From Dimorphilus gyrociliatus (lineage: Eukaryota; Animalia; Annelida), in the NCBI GenBank assembly GCA_904063045.1, contig CAJFCJ010000012.1, positions 1,860,001-1,924,000 on the forward strand: a DNA stretch of 64,000 nt, given 5' to 3'. A program made the translations under genes and the position numbers. The notes under the pieces are model-generated. The model made no database searches and was not told where the DNA came from. It was given only the letters and a program-made list of their open reading frames with translations. Shown piece after piece: positions 22,901-35,727 of the stretch (its first letter is position 1; every line of letters begins with the position of its first letter).

Positions 22901-25042
22901 TATTTTTAGTTGGTACGAAGCGTTAACTCATAGAGATAGAAGACGTATGGGACGCTTAAGAGGACCTCATCACTCCAGCTACGATATCGAAAAGCGAGAA
23001 TATTTGTGTCCTTTGTGCGAGACATTAGGGAATTCAGTATTACCTCTTCTACCAAAGTTAACCTATTTTACATCACAATCAAGGCAAAATAATGCAACAT
23101 TTGGTGTGTCATTGAGTATGAGTGACTGGTTGGATGGTCTTCGAAAAACTGTTCAGAATTCCATTCAAAAGGAGAGAAGCCAACAAAATAATGATTCTGA
23201 TGAATTTTCAATATTTTTTGTTCCTTGTCCTCTGTCATCAATAACTCGCCTTATGGCTGAAAGCGTGGCTAAGAACTTTCAAGCTCTATTTGAATATTAT
23301 TATGATATGGATCCAGCCTTAAGCCTTAATGATGAAACAGTCCAGATGGTCAGCAAATTTGCACTTGATGTCTATATTGTGAGTAACTAGCAATTTAGGT
23401 AACGCATGCTAATTTAAATATTTTATGATTTCTTAGCATGGGTGTGATGCTGAGGCGGATGACAATAATAGGAATGTACCACTTTTAACATGGGTTTCGG
23501 CGGCCTATACAATAATGTCAACTGGTAATAATTTAGATTTATTCTCTTGACAGAATTAACTCTCTTTTCATTTTAGAACACCTCTTAAGATACAGCAATC
23601 AACCCCTGTTTAGTACCCTTCCAGCACGTCAAGAGGATTGTTTAGTTAGTATCGTTAGATATGCTGCAGTAGCAACAGTTGTCATGCAGAAAAATTTGAT
23701 AAAGGATTACTGCGTAAGACTCTTATCTGCACTTGTTTGCGATTCGGCTGACAAACGCTTAAGGAAAACTCCAAGCATTTTGGATATGGATATGTTTCAT
23801 TTATTAGTTCCCCTGGTTTTGAGTTTGCCTACCTTATATGCAGAGGAAGATGTTTCTTCTGCTCAAGCAACAGGAGGAACTGAAACTAAATTTCAGTCGT
23901 CCAGAATCGCAACGGGCGATTTGAATTCTAAACATATATTAAATTTAGTTTTTACTGCACATGTTGTGCAAACTATCTTATCCGCCAGTCAAGAAGATAT
24001 TTATTGCGGGGAAGATTCAATGGATGCTCAATCTTCGGATGAGAAGGGTGAAAAGCTAGCTGATATATTTATGCATCTTAGAAATTTAGCCCAGTTAGTC
24101 AATTTTAATTATTCTTTACTTAATTTTCCTTACTGATTGTATTTTTTTCCTGTTAATTTTAAAAATAGGGTACCTACAATCGAGGCTAAATCATGGAATA
24201 TTGAAAAATATATTCAAAAGGCAGTAATGCCTTTCTTAAGATGTTCTGGTTTATTCTTCCACTATTTAACATCAGTTTCGCCACCTGATTTACTCAAGGA
24301 GTTACACCAAACTGAATCATCCATTGAATTTGAACTGTTAACAAAGTATCTAGCTTTGCCCCAAAATCTTGCAGATCTTTTTCATCCTGAAGATAATGAA
24401 GTTGTTCAAAATTTGTGTAAAAGCTGGTGCACAGACGACTCAATGAAAGAAACTCTCAACAGAGTAAATCACACAATCGTAAAACATCCCATCAAAGTAA
24501 ATTCATTATTCGATTTACCCGATGACTATACCGACGTCATTAATAGCGCATCTACCTTCTCGTAAGTTTATCGAACTATTTTAATTATACTACGAAAAGA
24601 TAAATGAATTAACTATTCATATAGATGCCCAAACAACAAAGAAGTTGACGATGCCCGAACTCCTACTATGTGTTTGATATGTGGTCAAATGTTGTGCTCA
24701 CATGGCTATTGCTGCCAAGAACACTTGGGTAAATTAATTGTTGGAGCTGCAACTGCACATGTTCAAATTTGCGGATCTGGCACAGGAATGTTTTTTAGAC
24801 CAAGAGAATGTCAACTATTAATGCTAAGCGGTAAAGTTAAAGGATGTTTTTATCCACCTCCCTACCTCGATGCTTACGGAGAAACAGACTCAGGTTTGAG
24901 GAGGGGAAATCCACTATTCTTGTGTCAGCAAAGGCTAAAGAATTTAAACAAGCTGTGGCTAAGGCACGGAATACCCGAGACAATTGCGCATAGCCTGGAG
25001 GTTAACACTAATTGGTTGGATATTGAATGGTTTAATCTGTAA
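16926..25042 (+). CDS. UBR2: E3 ubiquitin ligase UBR1/UBR2 (N-recognin), many exons
   Basis: UBR box ([33 protein letters not shown]), ClpS-like [17 protein letters not shown]2 ([24 protein letters not shown]), C-terminal [22 protein letters not shown]1 versus UBR2 is not resolvable (likely a single invertebrate orthologue). Confidence 0.96.
18828..18926 (+). other. UBR1/2 mutually exclusive exon A (99 nt): [33 protein letters not shown]
   Basis: TTTCAG acceptor and GTAAGT donor, phase 0/0, homologous to exon B. Confidence 0.85.
18961..19059 (+). other. UBR1/2 mutually exclusive exon B (99 nt): [33 protein letters not shown]
   Basis: TTTCAG acceptor and GTAAAA donor, phase 0/0; only 34 nt from exon A. 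Confidence 0.85.
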
Positions 25043-25198
25043 ACTGTATTCCTTTCCCCCTAAGAATAACTTTATTTATCACCAATTAATTCCCGTTGCT
25101 TTGCGTTTGTTAATTCTTCTAACTTTGTTACATACTGCTTGGATTCGTTAAGCACCTATGGAAGAAGAAACAAATATATCATTGTGCACCCTTTCATA

Positions 25199-26232
25199 TC
25201 AGTTATGAAAAAGAACTTTAAAAATTGCTTGTCTATTTAATATAATTACCCAATCATTGACATTGCGTAAAAGATCTTTAGAAGTACCATCTTTCTTCTT
25301 ATTTACTTCTTTAACATATCTATTCTGAACGTCTCTGATCTTTTCTTTATACTTATTGCATAAATTTTTCGAATTTTTCGCTAGCATTTCTCTATGCTCT
25401 CTGGTTATTCTGTTATGAAGTGGCAATAAGAGCTTTAAAAAGTTATAATTTCCCTCTTCTACTTTCCTTACTTGGGAATTGGAACAAATAGAGTAGTTCC
25501 GTCCTGTTGTGGGTTAAGATTAAGGCCAGATTCCATTATAGCTTTTTTAACATTACCAATATACTATAATAATTTTATAATAATTGATATATTCTTGGTA
25601 CAACACTGATAAAAAAATTAATTACCTGAGGAGTAGCTAACATATTAATAACAACCAAATTTGCATTTTTTTGAGTTATTTGACCCAATTGCATCAACGG
25701 ATAATTACCGTCTGGAGTCGAAATATCCAGTCTTTCAAGCGCACCTAAAGACCGCAAAGGATATCTTCAGTAGTATGAAATGGAATAATAGCCGATCTTT
25801 AAGAGGATATGCCTACCTGTATTGGTTCTTAACGAAAGCTGTTCATTGAAGTCTGACTGCATTTTCTTAACAACTGCATCAAGACTTGAATGAAATCTAT
25901 CAGGATCTAGCAACTGATTAAGTTCTTCATCAGACAAATGTACTAGTTTCTTCCCTAGAAAATTTTCACAACGTTTATATACGCAAATCTTTCCACGTTA
26001 ATAATTACATTTTACCTTTTTTATCCTTTTTATCCTTCTTTTTAGGTGCCTTAGAGCCATATTCTCTTAATAGCCTATCCCCAGTTAGAAACTTTGAAGT
26101 TGAGATAGGAGCTAGATTGTTTCGAATTTGATATTTCGAATTTGTCATAAAATTCTTACATGCAATACTGTTTCCGAGAAACAAGCGATGCGATGCCCAA
26201 TAGAGTCTAATAGAATTGCGAAATGCCAACAT
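25199..26232 (-). CDS. MRRF: Mitochondrial ribosome recycling factor
   Basis: Presequence-like N-terminus; GALERLDISTPDGNYPLMQLGQI, IMESGLNLNPQQDGTTLFVPIP, ITREHREMLAK. Confidence 0.92.
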
Positions 26233-26884
26233 CTATAACAACATATATTTTTGTAAATAATGTAAAAAGCATTGAAAATCGTTTATCTAATCATCCTAAC
26301 ATTTGTTTAGAATTGTTTAAAATTGGATTTAACTCGCTATCATGGAGAATATTTGCTCTCTTCTGAAAAATTATCAATTTATAAAAAAGATCTTGAACCA
26401 CCTTATTATGTTGTTATTAAAAGGCAAACTTTCCGCCGATAAAATTCAAAAAGTGGTACTTTTTACCAAAAGCCGTCTGCAGTTAACCACGTGATCCAAG
26501 ACACGGCAAAGTCGACCGGTCAGAAATGGAACTTTTGAAACCGGTTTAAATTCTACAAGTATACACTTCTATCAAAAAGTTTTTATATTAACTTTTCAGT
26601 TTGAATAAACGTGAATATAATTAAAAGTATGGTTATTGCCATAATCTAATAATTAAGGCAGACTTTAGCCTTACATCTAAATCCAACCTAGATATAAGAA
26701 AACTGCGTAAATTGATAAAATAAAATGTTTCATATTATCTTTTTTTTGTATTCAGAAACTTTTTGAAAATCAATGTTTGTATTTAACAAACATACAAAAT
26801 TTAGATTACAAGAAAGTTTTCTTTCACAAATAAAGAAAATTTAGAGAATGTTTAGAAAAAAATCTTCAATACGGTCTGCTATGA

Positions 26885-28546
26885 TTAAAGTTTCTATGGT
26901 GAGAGAAAGCTCGATATTGCTGATAATAATTTCTATCGTATTCGTGATTTTGATGTTGAGATCCTTTGTATCCTATAAATGTATTGAAAAGCTATTATGA
27001 TTATTTCAATTGCAGTAAAAAATAGGATAAAAGTAACCTCTTTCATCGATACGTCTACTTAAGTTATCACCTTGATAGTTCATCATTCCAGGTCTTGGTA
27101 ATTTACAAAAGTTACAGAGTAGTCTCCAAGAGAAATTATTATTAGCGCAAGACGGATCGGGACAAATCCAATCCCCATTTCGATAAGTTTCGGATCTTCG
27201 TCTGGGTTGGTATCTATAATTCCTCATTCCTGTGGATATCGGATGATTGTCTATGTAGAATAGGTAATTAAAACGAATATAATCGAAAGTTAGGCGATAA
27301 TTTTCCACATAAATAGTGCAAGAGTGGTTAGTTAGGAACCTTACCGCAAAGTTCTCTCGCTTGAGAAAAATCATAACCATATCAAAAGAAATTCTCCCAT
27401 CTTCTCTATCTAACTTAAAAAGTCGAATTAGAAATTGCTCAATCTATCCAAAAGATCGAAATAAAAATAATGGCCACCTCCAGACCAATAAACAACTTTT
27501 TTAAAAGGAGGGAAAGCGGATTAGAAGATTAAGCAACCGATTTCTTTATTAGTATTAGCAATAAATGGTAGTATATTACTAAACCAACCATCGTAATTTC
27601 TATTAAGACCGTATCTATAATTATTCGATTGTGTAGAACTATTAAATTGAAAAAAAAAAGGTTACTCTTCCAAAAATCTAGGTCAATTTGTAAAAATAGA
27701 CTTATTTTTTATATGTTCTCTTCTAAAATAAATAGATTTCTTTACCTGCTTTGTCTATTTGTTCCATTAATAAGATTCTCTACTTTTATAGAGGAAAAAC
27801 TCTATTTAATTAATAAGAAAAACAAATTAATAGTTTCTAACTTACGATGAGTATTGTTTATATTATCATTTGATCTACCACCGTAAGTAGGTGAAGTTAA
27901 ATCCAGGGTACAGTTGTTATTGCTTTCGAAATTATTATTATTGTTACAGTTGTCTAAATGAAAGAAATAGCGAATTTAGAATAAGATTAAATAGTTATAT
28001 ATAACGATGTTGTTTTTGTTATTACTAGGTTTTGCGGAATAATCAAATGGAGCTTGGGAACAATTATGGAGTCCATGCTTGTTTAATACATTCGCCAATA
28101 ACATTGGAAAAGGTACTTGCGCTCCTCCCAAAAGATTCCTTGCAACGTTTCTACCCGTAACATCATTTTCTATATATTGATTCGTCAAGTATGTCCCATT
28201 TACTGGAAAGTTGTTATGAGTATCTATTTCAAATGTAGATAAAGATGAATTGCCCAATTTCGGAATAATATTACTGGCATTTGCTTGAAAATCCAAAGTA
28301 GGATAAGTCAAATTATCAAGTCTATAAGTTTCCTGTGGAGATGTTATTACATCTGTAAGGATACTGTGACCAAATGTAGTAGGATCGGCCCCTCCACAGA
28401 AGTTTGAATAGGAGCTGAAAATGTTATTCGTATTTTTTTTATTTTCTTAATATGGTAAGAAAAATAAAAAACTTACCTTTGAAGTGTTAAAGGAAAACCA
28501 ATAGCTCTTAATGGAGGGGGAGGTAACGAATATTCCTCAAAATTTC
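26885..28546 (-). CDS. Low-complexity (N/S/Y-rich) protein with a RanBP2-type zinc finger resembling FET/TEX13 fingers; start and some internal exons unresolved
   Basis: [29 protein letters not shown]. Upstream exons link in phase (28477-28546, 28026-28414, 27846-27953, 27746-27779); last exon [28 protein letters not shown]. Confidence 0.6.
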
Positions 28547-28996
28547 CTAATTAAAATGTCATATAAGTTAAAAGTTGACTAAGTTTTAATAGCATCTGTT
28601 CAACTAACTATATTTTAATCATTAAAGTAATATATAAATATACATATTAATCTAAATGAAAAGCTGTAAATTTAGCAAGTCACGTAATCATAATACTCGA
28701 AAGGAAATAAAAAAAGTTTCAAAATATCAACATAATTTACATAAAATTTGTCTTTTTATTATGGTTTTATAAAGAAATTTCTACGAAAACAAATGTTAAA
28801 ATATTTAACAAACTATTTAAGTTTTGTCCCAAATTGCTATTCATTTTGTTAAGACACTTTTGAAGCAAATTCAGTGTGAAATTTGTCAAATCAGACACAT
28901 AACACTTTTTTATCCACCGGTGATGAGTTACCGTTTTCAAATTTGACCTTGAACTGACATTACCAGTTGTTTCGTCTTCCAACGCAAAACAATGCT

Positions 28997-30329
28997 ATGG
29001 CGGATAGTATAGAAACTGAATTTAGATTAAAGCTTCCATCGCATTTTGAAGCGAATACACTTTTCAAAGATTCATCGAATGCAATTGTTGTCGGAGAAGA
29101 GATTGATCTGTGTCTAATTGCCAAACAGCTTGACGGATCAAAGGATATTTGGGAGAAAGCAGTATCAAATGTTCGGGCTGCTGTTTCCGTAGTAGACATA
29201 CAGGGCAGCCGCCCACCAAAAGAAAATTTTGATTGTAAAGTTGTTAAATCTAGTAGGGGCCGAGACAAACATCGACGTTCACCACCCAAAACTTTAGATA
29301 GTCCAGACTCTCAGAAATGGCAGAAATTAAACGATAATACAATGAAATTAATAGTTCCAATACAATTTGTGCCAGATTCTAAAACTCTTAATAAATCATA
29401 TAAAATATTCGTTGCTCTATGGTCGACTGATGGAGCGGAAAGTAATTTGGAACTTTCAACTCATAAACTAATGTCACCTGCTCTAAACGTTCAATTTCCT
29501 CCATTAATCACTTCCAGGGTTGTTCAATTTTCTGGAAAAACATTTCTAAAGATTGAACTACGTAACGTAGCAATTGAAACAATTCAATTGAATTCCCTCA
29601 AGGTTCTGATATCCGCTGAGAAAGAAGGAGAAATTACAATAGATCATTCAACCTTGCCAAACTTTCCTATGAAGCTAGATAAAGAATGTGAATATTCATT
29701 TATTGTTGAAATAATTGACTGTGTTAAAGAAAGCGATAATAGAAGTTCAAGTTCTTCCAACGTCAACTTAGTTGCCGAATTAAATTGGGAAAACGAAGGC
29801 GCTTCAGCACTTGATAGAATAACTACAACTTATAGGTAGGACTATTAATTTAATTAATTTATTCATTTATGCATTATGTATATTCCTTGTAGTGAGGTAT
29901 ATAAAAATACTTATATATTTATATTTTTGCAGTTTGCAGCAGATAGCCCTGAAATATCCACAATTATCATTGTTTGTCACCCTGCCAGAGATATTAGGAT
30001 CGCAATTTATTATAGAATATACCTTACAAAATTATATGCAAGACTTTCGTAACATTAAATTGACACTACCCGATTACGATGCTGAAGGATTAATATTTTC
30101 AAAACGTTCTATAGATTTAGGCGTTTGTTCTGTAAGAAGCATCAAGAAGGCAAAGGTTTTGGTCACAATTTTGAAACCAGGTACATTCGATTTATGCAAG
30201 AATGTTAAAATGAGCTTACAATACAGTACACCAAAAAATTCTGACCCAAATGGACCTATAAAGTTGGATAATGTATTAAAATTACCCTGCCCTATTTATA
30301 TCGAAGAAAATGGCAATACAAAGAACTGA
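28997..30329 (+). CDS. TRAPPC14: Trafficking protein particle complex subunit 14 (C7orf43/MAP11-like), 2 exons
   Basis: IVVGEEIDLCL near the N-terminus; exon 2 QFIIEYTLQNYMQDFRNIKL..DLGVC..TILKPGTFDL..MSLQY..KLDNVLKLPC resembles the C7orf43 C-terminus as I recall it. Confidence 0.75.
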
Positions 30330-30577
30330 TATATATTTTTATAGACGTTATTAACAAATCTCTGCTCAAAAACAATTTCTATTTACGTACAGAAAATATA
30401 TTTATATTTTTTCAATTATGAATATTTATGAAAATATGCAAATATAAAGCTTCTTTTTTTAGCTTTTATTTTCAAGGGAAATACAAATTATCGTTAATAA
30501 CTTTTCATATTTTTTGTTTATCTGCATCTAAGTTTATTCCTAGAAGTCTTTCGATTTACCTTATTTCATTTTATAGA

Positions 30578-31505
30578 TTATTTTATATTTCTCATTAACC
30601 AAAGTCCGTCATTGAGGTAGTGGATATTCTCAACAGCAATTCCTTTGTTCTGCGTCTCTCTAGAAAGATATAAATAGGAGATAGGACTAGGAATGGATAT
30701 TACTTATTTAACTTACATATCTTCAGAAGACATTTTGGTTAAACCTACAGCAAGTGCGTGTTGTTTTCCTGCAGCCGTTACGGCCTATAATATATCAATT
30801 ATAATGAGCTTCTCATAGAGATACTATCCTATTATAAATTAAAAGAAAGTGAGCTTACCACTATTGTTCCACTATCGACTTTAGTCATTTTAGCTCCGGC
30901 AGCCCGATTAGTTAATCCTGGGCTCATAATATTAGCTCCGCTAAGTATAAATTTAATTGCTCCTTTATCAACTCGCATTTCCGGTAGAATAAAGGGATCT
31001 TTTTATAAGATATATCTCAAATTTATAATCTCTTCAGGGAGAAATGAGATTTTCTTAATACTTACACTTGTGAACAAGTTTCAGAGAAGGATAAAACTGT
31101 CCATCTCTCTGTTTAAAGAAAACAACTTCTCCTTCTCTTGCCGCTAAAGCTTCAATATGATCAGCGCTGTTCAATATTTATTATTAGTGAGTTAAATTTT
31201 TTATAGAAAAATATGGTCAACCATTTTACTAATTTCCATTCCTTTTTTGGTAATATCTCATCAATATAGTCTGCGAGAAAGGGCATTTGTTGAATAAGTG
31301 AAGCTTTCAGAGATCTTTGAACAGATGATTTGATACTAGTAACACCAGAAACATGCTCCTTTTCGTCGAACCTGTTTTATCGTCCAGACGGTTACACAAT
31401 ATACGACGATGTTATGATTTCAGCAAAAGTACATAAACTCAACAAATGTTAAAACTGGGAGAATTAATATACGAATATAAAAAACGATACAAACTTTTTA
31501 AACAT
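30578..31505 (-). CDS. MCTS1: Malignant T-cell-amplified sequence 1 (translation re-initiation factor, PUA domain), multi-exon
   Basis: [12 protein letters not shown]..., [45 protein letters not shown]. Not in the ORF track. Confidence 0.96.
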
Positions 31506-31999
31506 AGTGAAATTCTAAAAAATTATTAAATATATTGACGGACTATGCTCTTTCCAAAGTTTCAAAGTTAAGGGAATAGTTTTCGCTTAACTTTCGAAAG
31601 AAAGTGACGAAAACACTAATAAAAACCTTAATTTAAAACATAAAACTACATATTAGCAAGTTAATACTAAATACTTATTAAATATAAATAATCTATTATA
31701 AGAAAAGTTACTCTATTGTTAAATTGATTCCTTATAGTAAAGTATATTTAAAAAATATTGCAAAAAATATATTTTTCAAGGCTTCTCTTTACCAAAGATT
31801 CATTTAGCAATGCTTATATAAATATAGTTCACTGTATTGTATTTAGAATTATCTAGAGGATAATTTTAACTATGAAATTACATCTGATGGTTTATTATTT
31901 CATATATAAACAACGATCGCGAAACTCTTCAACACAGTTCTGAGAACACTGTCGGTGTCCAGATTTTTTCTTCTTGAGATATATAAAATCCTACCGAAT

Positions 32000-33517
32000 A
32001 TGGCTTATTCTTCAATTGTAAGAAATACATTTCACAAGATTCGATTATCTACTTCCTTAGGCAAGAATCTAGGAACAAGATCGTTGGCAGAAGTTCCGTT
32101 GAGGCACAGTTCTTCAAATGCAACAGAACAAAATGAATCTATTATCGCTATTCAAGAAATGCACAGATTTATGAAAGATTGTATGTTAGCTGTTGGATGC
32201 ACAGAAACAGACTCTAATCAACTTGCAGAAACATTGGTTCATGCCGATCATAGGGGACATTATTCCCATGGCTTGAATAGATTAGGTAATCAAGCTGTTC
32301 TCCGACAATGTTATTTTTGACCTTGATTTGATCTTCGTTCTTCTAGATTCCTTCCCTTGTTTTCTTTAAAAGCGAGATCTATTTTTAAGTTTTCGATTTT
32401 GCAAATAACGTTCTTTCTTCTATAGTTACACATTATTGTAAATTCTTTTAAAATTCAAAGCTTAAAACCTTTGAAAAGAACGAATAATCTACTAAAATAT
32501 AACATTTTCTCCTATCTTCACCTGCCAAAACATTTTAGCTAACGATATGATTTATAGTCTTTTTTTATGCCTACCTACTTGATTTTAACTTGTTTTTTAG
32601 ACATGTACGTTGAAGATGTTCGTTGTGGAGCGACTGTATCAGGGATTGTGGAGCCAATTATTATTAAGGAAACTACATCATCAGCTTCCGTTGATGGAAA
32701 TAATCTTTTAGGGCCTGTTGTAGGAAATTTCTGTATGCAATTGGCAATAAAGAAAGCAAGAGAATCGGGAATTTCTCTTGTTGTTGCTAAAGGATCAAAC
32801 CATTATGGTATTGCAGGACATTACTCTTTACAAGCTGTTCGTGAAGGAATGATTGGCATATCTATGACAAACACCTCTCCGTTGGTTGTTCCTACGCGGG
32901 CTAGTGAATGCATTCTTGGAACCAATCCAATAGCTGTTGGTGCTCCCGGGTTAGGTGATGATTGCTTTGTATTAGATATGGCTACGAGTGCAGCTGCCCT
33001 TGGAAAATTGGAGTTAGCTGACAGAAAGAGTCAAAAAATTCCAATTGGTTGGGGTGCAGATAGTACTGGACAAGCGACCGAAGATCCAAAAGAAGCTTTG
33101 AAGGGTGGCCTTATGCCTTTAGGAGGAATTGAATATACATCAGGTTACAAAGGATTTGGGCTAGCAATGCTTGTAGAAGTTCTGACAGGTATCCTCTCAG
33201 GTGGAGCATACGGGCCATTCGTGAGGAAATGGAAAGTACGTTCAAAATTGGCTGATTTAGGACAAATGTTTATGGTAATTAACCCTAACTTTTTCCCCGA
33301 TGGCTTCCGGGAGAGAATGCAAGAGTTGATGGATTTCTTGCGCCAAGCAAATACTGCTCCCGATGCTAAAGGAAATGTACTTGTGGCGGGTGATCCTGAA
33401 AGACAGAATATTGCAAAATGTGAACGAATAGGAGGAATTCCTTATTCGCAAGTTCAAGTTGATTACGCAAACAACTTGGCTAAATTGTTACAGATAGATC
33501 AGCCTAAAATTCTATAA
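32000..33517 (+). CDS. Malate/L-lactate dehydrogenase Ldh_2 family (ComC/YiaK/AllD-like) oxidoreductase with presequence-like N-terminus; one intron (about 32287-32600)
   Basis: ADHRGHYSHGLNRL, GSNHYGIAGHY, GTNPIA, LDMATS, GYKGFGLAMLVEVL. Confidence 0.9.
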
Positions 33518-34031
33518 AAGTGCTAACTAAACATTATTAAAAGAACATATTAATACACCTAGCATAATTTTTAATAACACGAAAATAGATATAGTAACAA
33601 AACTGATCTAGATTTCTTTTTTATTATGAAGGAAAGCTCACTAAGATAAGGTTGCTCATTTTTCTTTGAAACATTTTAATTGTACAAAGTATACCAATAC
33701 GAAGTCTTAAAACGTTTTCCAAGTATTAAAAGAGAGCTATTGAATATTATACATATATTGTTGACGTTAGAGGTATTATTCGACTATGCACCAAATGAAA
33801 TTGGATAATCTTCTGTTCTATTACAAATAAAAGAAGTTCTATAAGCCAAATACTTGAATGGAAAAATATTAAATGGAAAAAATGGCAATTGTATTAATTT
33901 GAAAAGAGTTTTAGCAAACTATCTTATTGTATTGCTAAATGATGAAGAATAAAATAAGAGAAATATTAAAAACTGTGCAAAAATAATTGTTTTATTTAAA
34001 AACATTTTTCAAATCGTTTTTCTTTTCAGTA

Positions 34032-34997
34032 CTATTCGTCATCTTTTACTTTATATTCAACCATTCCTTGAACTTTATGAACTGTGGTTGAAAACGATTT
34101 AAATTTTACTTGTTCTGCATCTTTTATCAGAAGAGCGCTGCTCTCATAACAGCAAGATGGGGTTTCCTCGTCTTTGTCGGTGTAAACTTGAACGTCGATA
34201 GTACCTGCAAAATATATATATATTTTTTGAAATACATACTTTAATAGATATTTTTGTTGTATGTGTATACAATGTACTTACAAGTATCTTCCAAAGCAGG
34301 TAAGAATGTTACTGATGCAATAATTTGTCTTAAAACGGCTCTTATCTCATTTTGAATATCTTTCAATTCCTTTTTACTATTCGTACTAGAAAACAAGCAA
34401 AAGTTTAAATAATAATTAAATATTTAAAGAAAACGCTTTATACTAACTTTTCACTGTCCACTTGTTTTTCGCAATCTATATTAAACACCCATCTCTCTAC
34501 AATTTCTTCGGTTTTGACATTTTTCATAACCAGAACAAGCTTTTTTATAACTTTTTTCAAAAGCCATTCTGTTGAAAAAATTATGTAACTATTTTATCGT
34601 CTCTTTAGAGTTTATACCTCGGACTTGGTCCAAAACAGTCTTCAGAAATTGTTCTAATTTTGGATCACTTGTTACCAAAATTGATAGGCCATAAGCCTCC
34701 TTTCTGGTAAACATGTCATCTGGATATACCCCTCTTTGATAAAGAATACTATTCAGTCCAAACCCTGTTTATCAAACAACATTGAAAGATTATTAGCACT
34801 TAATTAACTAATACTTGAAGAATTCGCTTAGTTTAAAATGAATTAGAAATAAAAACCAACCTATCATAGAGCGATAATTGAGCTGAGTTCATAAAGTATC
34901 GTTTTAAAGTTTAAATTAGCGTAAATAACTTACCGAAAAATTCAGTCACCATTTGTGTGGAACCTTTCAAAGTAATACCTGTCTTATTTGCCTGCAT
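34032..34997 (-). CDS. MAD2L1: Mitotic spindle checkpoint protein MAD2A (HORMA), multi-exon
   Basis: [83 protein letters not shown]. Not in the ORF track. Confidence 0.96.
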
Positions 34998-35727
34998 TTT
35001 ATGAATTAAATGACCTTATGTTAAGGAAACTTATTCAAATTTTAAATTTGAGCTGTGAAACTGTCATAAACTGGTATGTTGTTCTAAAGTTTCTGTCAAA
35101 TATAACTAAGTGGTATCTGAAAAAGTTGTCTTTAATTTATTGAAAAACAATAAATTTATTAATAAAATTAAATGATTATAAATATATTTAAATATTTTAT
35201 TCATTTTATCATAAACTAAACTTTAAAGATCATATTGTTAGTATAGTACATTTTGTATTAAAATATTTTCCCAAAATATTAATTTATATTGCATTTATGC
35301 TGTTTATATCAATTAAAGTCCCTGATAGTTAATTATAACACGAAATTAGTTTGATAAAGTTTTAATAAATTTTATTAATTTAAATGTAAAATTGAATTTT
35401 ATTAAGTCTCTAATCATATGACTTATTCCAAGTAGTATTTAGTGTTAACCAAATAGATATTTCTTAATTTTCGGATTATAAAATGAACAATTTAGCAATG
35501 TTGATTCACTCAAACTGATGATATTCACTACATATTAACTCTGTTACAGTTAAACTTTAGTTTAACTCAATTTCTAAAATTTATTACCTTCAAAAAAAAC
35601 TTTTTTTGACCTCAATCGAAGTGTTTTGGATAAGGTTAGCCACTACTTTTACTATCTGCGACAAATACAACATAAATACAACTTTGAAAGATAGAATATT
35701 GTATTAAATGAGAAATTGTACAAGAAT

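Noticed and set aside
28960-29289. Minus-strand 109-aa ORF and the 28767-28982 ORF
   Set aside because: They overlap TRAPPC14 in antisense, start at non-ATG codons, and have no recognisable content.
32000-33517. Recent bacterial horizontal transfer of the Ldh_2 gene (and of NPL)
   Set aside because: Both contain spliceosomal introns, match the host composition, and belong to families already known in animals.
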